From positions 5,630,206-5,694,205 of the forward strand of contig CM082587.2 of NCBI GenBank assembly GCA_040954595.2: DNA of 64,000 bases, given 5' to 3'. This document shows positions 11,901 through 23,780 of the stretch, in pieces. Numbering within the stretch: the stretch's first letter is position 1; every line of letters begins with the position of its first letter. Source of the DNA: Balanoglossus misakiensis (taxonomy: Eukaryota > Animalia > Hemichordata). The notes below the pieces were generated by a model. It saw only the letters and a list, made by a program, of their open reading frames with translations. It was not told the DNA's origin and did not search any database. A program made the translations under genes and the position numbers.

Positions 11901-14900
11901 GGCAAGAAATGCAATTGTCAAAGTATTACTGATAATGTGGCATGCTTTGATGATTGAGAAATCACACACGATAAGACAAGCGAACCGCACATGAATTTTT
12001 AAAAAGACTGAAAAAAGGCAAATTTATCATGATTTTTGCAAAGCAGCTATGCCAGAAACAGAATTACAACATCCTCAAGATAAACAACTACACCTGCTCT
12101 CCCTATTTTTGAAACTTTGTCTCACCCATCTACTGTATGAGAATGGGACCATACCAATATTCTTTTTAAAGTGGGGTGAACAGATGGAGTTGCTTAGATG
12201 AACATGAGGTGAAAACTGACAAGTCTGGTAATTTTTTTTTTACCTTTTCTAACTGTTCTTGTAGTTTTCTGTGGTGGTTTTTCTGTAGCAGTGAACGAAA
12301 GTGCAAATAAAAGTCTAAGACTCTTTGCACAACAAAGAAAATTCACAGCCACTCAAATCAAATCAAAACTAAGGTATGCACGCTAAGCCACAAACTCAAC
12401 CAAACAAACAATAACAACACAAAACACACTAAAACAAAACAATATGTTGACAGGCCATGGAGGTAACACCATCCAAAGGAGACGTGTGCTTCTAAAACTG
12501 TTTGTAAAAGTGGCAATTACAAAAAGACATTTTCAGTCAGAGTACTGTAAAATGATTGAACAGCTTTGAACCATAACAAACGAAGACTGATATAACATCA
12601 TTCACTCAGTAAAACACATCACATCTCCAGTTGGTTGATTCTTTTACCTCCATGGATGAACAAACTCCAACAGCAAAGCAACATATGAGCAAATCAAACA
12701 GAAAGAAAACTGTCTGTTCTATCGAGGTATCTCCGGTTCATCGAAGTAAAATATTTCATGCAGTACTTACAATGGGTTCCTGTAACCAATGGTTGAATAT
12801 TACATGAGAATCATGCATCCCTTAGACTGTCTAGTCAGTTCATGCTCGTTATATTTTAGATTTAATGTTTTCAACATTGAGAACCCAGATATGAGATCAT
12901 ACAAATTTATTATCATGCACATTGGATGTGACTTGATCCAGACCCCCCAAAATACCAGAACACGAGATCACAGGAACTGGCAATAATAATCTGAACAGAC
13001 ATAACAAAAACACTGCTATTCTGGATTCTGACACACGTTCATGTTTGGGTTTAAAGACCTACCAGTTCGTCGTGTTGTAATGACACTTGTTGGTTGGCTT
13101 GCATGCTGGACTCCAATGCTGACGCAAGTTCTCGATTCCGAGACTGAAATAAGAACAGCAGCACAGCAAAGTCATTTTTTGGTATTAAATTCAAATGATA
13201 GTTTTAGTACATGATTGAACAGTACTACCAGGGTACATTTGATCTATAATTTTATTATATTATATATACATGTATATACAAAACTGTATGAACTACAGTA
13301 CTTGCTACACTTTGAAAATTAAGAGGGACATTCTGAACTGGAAATGTTGTGATTCAAGTGTTCGGATATACATGTACACAAGGGTTAGATTAAGGTGTGT
13401 TCCTTTCATTGGCCCTTGTTTATGGCATGCTTCTATCTCAATCAAGGTCAAGTACAGGTCATGACCAACTGTATTCTAGGTCACAAAAAGCTCATGAACA
13501 CAAAACACTGAGTGTAAGAGACATGCATATGGGTACTTCATGCTGTTTTGTAACGAACTTGTAAATACATCTACCGGGTGAGTTCTGACGTTGTCTACCA
13601 CATACCTCAAGTTCCCTGATCCCAGAATCCTCCTCCATTGCTTGTTCCCCAGAACTATTCAAAAAGGATGCCTGGGTCGGGAAGGAAACACCATGGACTA
13701 AGGTAACCTTATCAAACACCACATGCATTCAACATTCAGATGGGTTTTAACCACTTAACAATTACACAACTACGATACAATGCAGCAAAAATCTGTGTTT
13801 GTTCATTCCAACGTACTGTCAACCTCACCTGCAACTGTCTACTATAACTGCAGTAGTATTGTTCAAAACATATGTTGCCTGATTTCACTAAATGGTTTAC
13901 TGGACACAGCTGTGCATCAAATGCTGGGACCTACAAGTCATCGTCTATAAGCATGCGTTCTGTATAACATAACTATGGAAGGCTACGTTGGAATTTCCAA
14001 TACATGCACAAAAAATCATGCACCCTTCAACATTCTTGGAATGTTTCTTTTCTTTGACCTGAATTAGGTATGCCTCTCTCGCAGGTCAAATTGTTTACCA
14101 AACCGTCCACTTATATCTATTAATTACCAACGTTAACTACACATGCACACATTTTCAAGCCAGCAAATGCACTTACCTCAGACACCAGTCCATTCAATTG
14201 TCTGGACATCTGCCGTAGGCTTTCACTGGAAGACATCGGCCTGTGAAAAACATGAAGTACCATGAAGAATTTTAATTTTCAGAAACTATCATTATTGTAT
14301 GTTTGTTAGAGGGCACACTGATACACATGTATATGTACACCCTATGCAAATATCCAAGAACTGAGCACTGATGTTTTCGAAATACAACTCACCTATCTGG
14401 CACTGGATTTGAAGAATCAAAACTTATGTCGTTTGCTGGACTGGGGCTACTATCAGGAGTCTGCAAAAAAAAAATATATGCAACATATAAATTGTGAGAA
14501 TTTTTTTCTCTGAGTGTTCCAACGCGCTTTGCTACTGTCAGTTTAGGCATGAAATATGATAGCGTTGAACTATGAAAACCTGTCCCCAAACAAGCGAAGT
14601 GTAATAAACATGTGTAGCACCGACATGTACATGAACAATGTACACGGCACCTTTGATCACAAATTGTCTGCAGATAACCCACTCTGACCTTTGAATCAGA
14701 CAAGGATTAGAGCTTTAGGCCCTTGCTATTTTTTTCAATTTCATATGAACTGACGTCATCTCACTTGTCATGTACAACATACATGTAGACCTCATACATG
14801 TACTATCAACTTTGATCAAAGCATCATTTATTCATTCCATTGTTAGCCTCAAATACTATCATTTAATTTTATCATTTGCATTTTAATCCTGATACATGAA

Positions 14901-17322
14901 TCATGTAAAATTATAAATATTATTTTAGAGAAGCTACAGTACTTGTCATGCTCATAGTTACAGACGAATGATAAGTGATACAATGAGCATGGGAGAAATG
15001 GTATAAAAGGGATTACAGTGAGTGCACCACATTGCATGCATTTATACTGTGCATGACATTATCCAAGGGCAAACCACAGCCACAGGTAAATCTAGCCACC
15101 CAGCACTATGCCATGAAAAGGTATGCATTTAGCATGCGTGACATAATATTATGCAAAACACTCAGACAAGCTTACACATGTCACATGTACAGATCTAGAC
15201 ACATAACAAACAAAAAAAGGCGACAGATAGAATGGGAACACAGGTGTTTACATCTAACAGTACATGTATGCATCACAACAAAAATAAAACAATACTGGAC
15301 GAAAAAAAATACAAACAAAAATATTATTAATCTTACAGGTGATGGATTTGATTCAGTGGTATTAATGGTAGTTTCAGCTGGTGAGTCCGATCCTTGTTTA
15401 CTAGTGTTTTCTTTGCCTGTTTTGTCTTTCTTTGAGCTACTTTTGTTCTTCTTGGATCTGTTGGCCGGAGTGTTATTTCTGGATTTGGATGTTGCGGCTG
15501 GCGAATTTGACGGCGTGCTTCCCGCTGCCTTCTGCTGTTGGAACTGTTTCAGCTGATAGAGTGGACAGGAGACAGATGGTTAAAGCAGACCGAGGCAGAC
15601 CTTTTGCTTTGCGAGCGTTATTATTGCAATGATTGGATCTACGTTTGTACTGCAAAAAATGAGAGATGGCAACCCTGGCTGTGGCCATACCTTCTACAAA
15701 AACTTTAGCCACCATATTGTAAATTGCCTGGTTCAATTAATTAATTTATACGCATGGATCACACTTTATTGCTAATTAACTCAAACAAGAAATCATACGT
15801 GTACCATATGTTACATGTACATGTGCTTTGAAGACTTCACTGTAGGTTATGTGAGCTACTGTATGGAAAGGTACATGGAAATACGTGTGATAACAATTTT
15901 AGACCACGGCATTCACCTTGACACTTGTACTCAACATTGAACTGTCATGTTTTGTCAACAAACAACTTGCCCTTGCTCATACAAAATTAAAAAAAATATT
16001 AAAAAAAAAATAAAATAGCATATTTTAGAAAGTCTGATGTCTGCATTGTTTATCACAAGTTTCTGACATATTCCAAGTATTGTTTGGCTTGCCAGTCACG
16101 TTTGTATTTCATTTCAGTTCATAAAATGCAAAATACAACAACTTTGGTACAATATCATCTCTGTGCATGTAGTTTAGACTTATCGAAGTCACAATGCACT
16201 TGTACGTTGTACTTTTCTAGCAGAAATTAGCTGGCAAAATCTCATCATAAAAAAGAAAATATAGAATGTGTAACACCTGCCATGAAAGCAAATCAGCAAT
16301 AGGGGTAAAACATACACAATATGGAGGAATACAAATAGAGGAAACGGAACATACATGTACACACTCAACCACATTGGGTATGGTATTTGCATAAAATAAC
16401 CTAAAAACTGGTTAAATAACTTTCCAAGTCTCGCCATGCACTATCACCAGAAATTAACCCTCGCTTCCAAAAATAATATTTTATAGGAAGCAAAGTTGCC
16501 ATGCAATATGCTTAAGCATTTATTGCTATAGTATTAGAACAGATTTCACATATATACACGTAATACCCCTACTGTGTTGCATGTAGTAGTGATGTTCAAA
16601 TATCTTCATTTCAATTTGCAAATCATACATTTTATATTCTCAGCTGACAAAAGATCTTTAACAACATACATAATATTTACTGTACTGAATGAATGGAGGT
16701 AATTTGTCTTAATTAAACAACAGTTTACAATCTAATCTACCAATGTGACCAAGGACATGTAGCCAGCCTTCAGTTTATGTCAAGAGTGCTTGGCTATGTC
16801 TGTATTACTTTCAACTCAACCACACAAACAAATACATGTGTACACATAGATGTCAACTCTGGTCCATATAAATGTGCACTCATCATATGAAATTATTATG
16901 AAACGTGGATATACCATTTTCAAGCGCTCTCTACAACATTTAAGACTAGTTTGCCACTACCTTCTCCCTCTAAGACAAATAAATAACCATAGGTGTGGCA
17001 GAATGGCACTGCTGGTCGCGTGCAGTGTTGTAAATTGTGGTATTAACAACATAACGAGCAGTTTTTTTTCGGCAATGAAAGTGCACTGCAGCTGAAGCCG
17101 GTCGTCAGGGCACAACTTCAGAGGCGTGTCAATATAGAAGTGGACAAGGGTCGTTTCATCGGGTTCAAAAATATGTCGTTGCTGTTTAACAGTATCCGAT
17201 GATAGACGACGACTCTGGGACCTTATACCACTTTCCCTCGGATGCTAACGGAATAAATATAAGAGAAACCGTACCTTTTTTCTGGCTGCTGCCAGTTTTT
17301 CCAATCTACAAGCATCGGCCAT
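4007..17322 (-). CDS. GOLGA2: Golgin subfamily A member 2 (GM130), 25 coding exons
   Basis: Starts [16 protein letters not shown]|LKQFQQ (GM130 N-terminal basic motif). Contains [72 protein letters not shown] and [10 protein letters not shown]|[10 protein letters not shown]; ends [12 protein letters not shown]. Phase-consistent GT-AG exons: 17322-17275, 15552-15337, 14460-14393, 14240-14177, 13671-13606, 13143-13063, 12282-12244, 11149-10993, 10792-10686, 10475-10417, 10250-10190, 9795-9631, 9242-9135, 8932-8845, 8728-8622, 8278-8060, 7396-7283, 6820-6662, 6383-6302, 6123-6080, 5926-5791, 5459-5277, 4980-4874, 4706-4514, 4308-4007. Confidence 0.93.
5527..5651. mobile_element. Short MITE with TTAA target-site duplication (Kolobok-like termini) in a GOLGA2 intron
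   Basis: ttaa|aggtatacagtcac ... gtgactgtatacct|ttaa: a perfect 14 bp terminal inverted repeat flanked by TTAA on both sides. Confidence 0.7.
5951..6014. repeat. Compound tetranucleotide microsatellite (CAAT)n(CAGT)n
   Basis: Directly visible in a GOLGA2 intron. Confidence 0.95.
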
Positions 17323-18598
17323 ATTGGACTTCCGATTCGAACCCCTTAACGTAATGACGATCTAGAAGACATTAAGAAACGCAGGTAGTTGAGGAATCGC
17401 AAGAAACGAGAATTCGCGTCGATCCAAAAATATTGCGCGATAACACACACTTTGACTTCATATTAACTAAGAATTTGCGATGTTTTCCCGGAAAGACCGA
17501 AAAGTGACAAAGATAACTTCAACTATGCTGGGCGAAATCTCCCTAACTTAGGGTACCCGAACGAAATCTGCGCACGCATATATCGACACGTCGTTCGCCT
17601 TCCGCGTCCGCGATCCTGCGTTCGCGTTTCCAGTGGAACTGCGCGTGTTTATCTGTTTACCTCTCCAAAATCACAGACATGCTCGTACCGAGGCCCGGAT
17701 CGCCGAACACGGATATCTGGTCTGCTGAAATTCGACTTTGCGTAATTTATGATTAGACAAAAGTTCCAAAGTAATCGCTTCCTCTTTCTACTCAGAAGTT
17801 TTGCCCGGCGCTACTTGAGTTACGCGTCTCACGCGAAGGGTGAACCATATGGAGGGAGGGGGCTTGAGGACCATGCAGTTTTCTGTTTCCGACTTTCATT
17901 AGTAGAAGTTGACGTTGAAAGTTTACTTCGAATGTCTTACAATAAAATTACCGTGTTCATGGACTCTTGTATGTCCATGACACGTTTTGTTTCGACGCTA
18001 CCCGAAACCACAAGCTCAGTCGCAAATTCGAAACTCGCCTCACTACCAAAAACACGCTTAAGGCAAGCATGCATGCAAAAAAGTATTGAAATTATTTATT
18101 AAGACAAAAAACCACCGAAAACACAAAAAGTATTGAGATTTAAAAATCACCAAGCGACTAGTGGGCTAGTCTATTTCAGTCTGGAAATACAGTTGAACCT
18201 GCAGCCAAGGGACTTTCCTCAACTGGCCTTCATACTGAATTGCTCAGGGACTGTAACAAAGTGGCCCCTAGAGGTGACCACCATATATAGAGGTGGAGGT
18301 TTGCGAAAAAGTCGGCAAAGCTACTGGGTAGAAAATCCGCCGCAGTCTTGATCTTCCAGACCTCCTCCCCTCAATATTAAATGGCTTGTCCCTATATCAA
18401 CTCAACTCCGCCATCTAGCGGTATAGTACAGTTAGGTCATCATAACCTTTGACCCGGAAGTGATACTGAAACAGGTGACTTGACGTCACAGGAAAACAGT
18501 AAGTTGACGAAAAAAGGAAGGGGAAGCTTCGCGATCGAGAGTCAATCGACGTCGGTATTTTCGTTAGATTTGCTTCAGAGTCCCGACACTTTCTGTCA
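17323..18598. promoter_or_regulatory. Divergent promoter region between GOLGA2 and MEGF9
   Basis: The ATGs point away from each other (17322 minus, 18599 plus). The region is CpG-rich, with an ETS-like ccggaagtg (~18454) and a CRE tgacgtca (18481-18488) upstream of MEGF9. Confidence 0.55.
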
Positions 18599-21500
18599 AT
18601 GGATATAATCTGTAGAAAGGCATTTCATTTTGTTATTTGGCTACTCGTAGTAGTCGTTCTAACTCAAACAGTGGTATATTCGAAAGGTAAGTGCTCCGTC
18701 TATTTTGCCTTCTTCGCATCATGTGTACACAATACACACATAAATCAAGTTTTCTGGCGTGTGATGTAGAAAAGACGGTGGTATTTTGAGGGAAACTTCT
18801 CGCCGATCTGTCTTAAAGTGTGAAAACGTGTCATCGGGCATCTTCCCTTTGTTCAGTATGGGGGTAACCACTTCGGTGACGTGTGATTCCACTGAACTCA
18901 TGCCATGTAATTCAATACGTAGCTGCAATGATTGTAGCGGGTTGTTCGTTTCACGCAGTGTGGTAATAACACGTACGTCCCGGGAAACGAACGCGTGTTG
19001 TATTTCATGCAAACGACGAACGATCGAAAACAACGGCGACGTCCTCCGTAAAGCAATGACCGATTCCTGAGTCTGGCCATTACAGAGGTATCAGGAAAAT
19101 CGATGAGCAATCGCCCAAATACCCGGACTTTGATGACCGGCATATGTTGTGTACTTGGTCAGATTGGTGTTGGTGTAACGCGTCATAGATGAGTCATTCT
19201 CGTCCAACTCCATGATGTAGCGATTTTTTTATATAGCTTTGGCCATGATTGAATTATATTTACAAATGTAAGTTAAAGTAGCTTATTGTCAATTCATCAT
19301 ATGCAACCAGTAGTAAAGTTTATTGTACACGTTTCCAAAATACACTGTACCACTACCTGTAATAAATCTATACATCTCCTGAACTTTCAGGTATGGCCTT
19401 AGTAATATACCAGCAGAATACATGTATTTTTCTCCCAGTGTCCCTTCAAAGAGTGATTCTGTATTCAGGGTGTACAATCAGTGGGGTTAAAAATAGTATA
19501 CACTGATGAATTCTCAATTTCTGCAAAGGTGTTTCTTTTTAATCAGGGTTGTCGTGAACATGTGTGTGAATATGTTTTTTTATAGGTACCAGACTGAATA
19601 CATTGAAAGCAATTGTCATTCTAATATCATTGTTTGTAGATTTTAATTATTATAATTAAAGGATGGGAAATGTTCTTGTCTTCTTGTATTAGCATAGTTT
19701 ACATTGTTCTCCAGCACAAGATGGTGTCTAGTGAATGTTCTCCATATGCTTTACTTGTGTCATGAATATTCCAACTTGTTCCAGGGAATATTATTAAACT
19801 GTAATCATGCCCAGTTCTTGTTTACGTTCTAAAGATATGAAATCCTCTCTTTCATCAAGTAAAGGCCAGAAACAGTATAAATTACTTTGCAAGGTCATAT
19901 CTGAACAATAGATGTGCATCCTGCATTTAATAGGGATACATGTACAGACAATATTCAAAGGATTGTGGTGAAAAAGATGGCTTTCTGATAGAATCCTGCC
20001 AGTAACATTTGTTAGCACTATGTTACCTGGTATTCCCAGGTACTTATTTCATGAGAACATGTACAGATGGGATGTGACATTTTTTCTGATAAGATTGAAT
20101 TTGTGATATTGTTTTAGAATACGTGTAATGGTTACATTCTGAGGCGTAAGTGAGTGAAGTAGGTTCTTATTACATATGTTTCTTCACAGTATTATTCCAT
20201 TGAAATATATCTGAAACTTAGTTTTTAACTATTATTATTATAGTCCAGGTGAGGTCTACATGTATTGTGTAGATGTCCCAGATATTTCCACATGATTTGC
20301 TTTCTGTTGTACAAACAAAAGTACATACATGTACAGGTCATAGGTTGGATGTTTTTAGAAGTGTTTGGCATGTCTGTTTTGGATTCCATAACACTTGGTA
20401 TGTGTTGTTTTTACCTCAGGATTACATACACACGCTGGGCACATTTTATCACGGCAAACTATTTGTAGACAGGCACAGTGTGTTGTAAACTGAAATTTAC
20501 TGAGATATCAATGGACCAGTCCAAATTGGCTCACTCGGCACTGGTTAAATACACTATGAAGGGGCTCCGCCCTGTTTGAAGGACTTTTTACGTCAACACA
20601 GGTGAACACAAAAGAATGTGACCCCTTTGAGGTTCAACCCCATTCATGTATGTGTTCGTGCAGAAGGAAACCAGCAGAAGACTTGTGCCAGCTACAAATA
20701 TGTGTAGCTTAATACATTATTTCCCAAATCTATTTATATCTAGTTAGTACATCTGTAAATATTTGACAAGGGATGTTCTTATCACCTTATTGAGTGTCCT
20801 CTTCAGATAATGCTAATGCTTGCTTTTGTCAACATTGCCTAAGCTATTCAAATAAATTAAAATATGAGATATGCACTATTCATGTACATTTAAAACAAGA
20901 GATAAATTTTAGAAAAAATGTAATAATCAACCAGGCATTTCGTAACCAGTATTGGAAAAATGCCACATTTCAAACACAGTTGGGTGTGTGGGCTATGTGA
21001 CCTTTTCCATAGATTTTCCATCAAACAAACAAAACAAATTGAAAAAGAAACCATGGCCTGGGGTGCATGTGTCAGTTTCTATACCAAACCGTAATAATTA
21101 CTTTAAAAAAACAGAAAGGTTAGAATACCGCAAACGTAATCGTCAAATTTTCTACAGCCATTTTCTCCCTAACAAACATATCGCTGTATGTTGAACAAAA
21201 TGACATATTTACATGTACACATGTTTGTTGCATAAACGTTTATGAAATTTGGTCTCTGAAACTTGATATTACTGCAGATTAATAAACAAATTCAATAGTG
21301 TTTTTCTTCATGCGATATTGCCTGCAGGTATATAACTTGATCGGTTGTCAGATAAATGGATAATGGTGCGATAGAGTTGCATATTACATTAAAAAAGCAA
21401 ACATGCCCAGCAAGGCAGCTTGCATGATGAGTTTGCTATTATAATAATATGTCTGCCGCGGAATCAATAAACAAATCAATTAAATCTAATTTTGAAGCAT

Positions 21501-23780
21501 GGATGAAAATAACAGCTGTGAACGCATTCTCCATTAATTTACGCAGTGTACTAAAATTAATGCATGTGCCATCCATTGACTCTCAATTATTGCTGCACAC
21601 AGCTGGTGGAATAGAAACTGAAAACATTTTTGAATAGTTACAGCTAATGGAGCTTTAACACATTTCTTGCCTCTTTTGAGTCCACTGACAACTGAACAAA
21701 CCTAATTCTCTTCCTTTTCTTTGCAGACTGCAACGACACCAAACAATGCGCCGACTTTGGCACGGTGAACGTCACGTGCGACAACGCGACCGGTCAGTGG
21801 AACTGCACCTGTAAGCCGCTGTATTCCGGTTCGCTGTGTGACGAGTGCGTTGATGGGTATTACAACACGACATCCTGTCAGCCGTGCGATTGCGACGCGG
21901 ATGGTGCTTTCAACGAAACCTGCGATGGGTAAGGGCGTCACTTATTCCTGAGTAGTAACATTCCAGAATTGATGTCAGCTGATTGGAGAGGGAACATTTG
22001 CAGTTCTTTCTTTACTTCACATGTCGTTTATTCAGCTGTGAAAAACAGAGTCTGGTCTCATCCCGCGTCTTTATCTTGCAGGCTGGGGAACTGTTTCTGC
22101 AAAGCCAATATCAAAGGGCCGAAGTGCGACAGCTGCAAGGAAGGATACTTCAACCTAACATCAGGCTGCGTGGAATGCACGTGTAACGGCCATTCAGATC
22201 AATGCGATTCACTCACAGGTAAAATACTCAGCCAATTTATCCAGTCAACACTCAAACGACCTCACCAACGTTGATATTTTCTGCCAGGATTTTAAAAATT
22301 CTCACTTACAGTGTGCTTAGACATTGCTTTGGTCATTTTCTGGTCCAACACTCTAATCTCCAGACAGAAGTAATTTGAGAAATAATAATCTGCAAGGCAG
22401 TTGTTTTATTTGCAAATGTTTGTATGAATTTGGCGACGTTGGTCAAAGGCAGTGTGTTTTTATTTATTTATTTATTAATATTTATTGGGTGTTTATTTTA
22501 GGCGTGTGTTTCAACTGCAACAACCACACTACTGGTGCACACTGCGACAGCTGTGAACTCTATTACTATAGAGACGACACACAGGGACTGGACGATGGTT
22601 GTGAAAGGTGTCCTTGCAGTGAAAAGGCGTCAACGCAGACGTGTCACTATGGTAACCATTCCCTCTGGAATATTTCCCTCACTTGCATTGATTTCTGTTG
22701 ATTGTGATGATGGCTGGAGGATGATTGACAATTTACGTTATTTTTTTTAACCCTTTCATAAATATGTTTGCTCCAAATCCATTGTTTTCTGTGGGAAACT
22801 TGGACCTCTGTAGGGAGAACTGGGGATGATAGGGTTAATTAAATACATGTTTACCAAAAAACTGTTTACCTGTTATTGATGTCCTACTAATGACGTGTTT
22901 TGTGTTCGTTTAGATGCAGACTACGACAACTACACGGGCAGTGTGGTCTGTGATTCCTGCAAAGACGGCTACACGCTGCCGCTGTGCGAGGACTGCGACG
23001 ACAACTACTACATGGACAACAGCACCTGCCAACTCTGCGACTGCAACGGCAACATTGACCCAACAGACACCGGTAACTGCGACCCCCTCACGGGCAAATG
23101 CCTGAAATGTCTGTACAACACAACAGGGTACCACTGCGATCAGTGTTTACCGGATTACCACGGCGACCCCATTGTTGCCAAGAACTGCACCTACGCACGT
23201 GAGTTACCGTAACCCTCCAAGTATTCGTACCATTTTACTTTACTGCTGGGTAATGGTTTGTGGTCAGCTGTGTGGCTGAGGTTTTTTGGGTGTGGGCAGG
23301 CATGATAAGAATAGCTGAAGTCACATTCGTTAGCACAGATGAGGCAGGGAATAAGAAGAAAAGTGTATGAGCATTTGGCCACTGGTGGCGCTAGCTCCAA
23401 TCATTTTATGCTGTTTGGGGGGTGCTGTCCTGGACATGAGTATTAACGACTATTCGTCTTTGTGTTTGTTACTTTATACAGCAAACAATCCTGACCAACC
23501 GACCAGGGCAAGCACCAGCACCAACATCATAACCATCACGGTCATCGCCCTGATTGTGGTCATAGTGGCGGTGGCCGGAATCAGCTTCTACTGCTACCGG
23601 CAGAGGCACTACCGGAAGGCGCCCCTGCCCTTCTGGACAATCGAGCTGCGCAAGGACGACAGCATGTCGTTCAACGACTATCACAATCTGGACTCGTCGC
23701 TCATAGACGACGTGTTAGTGGCGCCCAGGGGTCAACTCCGAATGGGCGACACCAGTAACTATGAGACCATCAATACATAA
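18599..23780 (+). CDS. MEGF9: Multiple EGF-like domains protein 9 (signal peptide, 5 laminin-type EGF domains, TM helix, conserved cytoplasmic tail)
   Basis: Exons 18599-18686 (signal peptide MDIICRKAFHFVIWLLVVVVLTQTVVYSK), 21727-21928, 22082-22218, 22502-22651, 22914-23198, 23482-23780. TM IITITVIALIVVIVAVAGISFYCY is followed by RKAPLPFWTIELRKDDSMSFNDYH, which matches the MEGF9 tail motif (APFWTIELKEDNISFSSYH). Confidence 0.88.

Noticed and set aside
18270-18395. Possible degraded MITE in the GOLGA2/MEGF9 promoter (similar G-rich fragment at ~28760-28900)
   Set aside because: The inverted repeats are too degenerate and no clear target-site duplication is visible.
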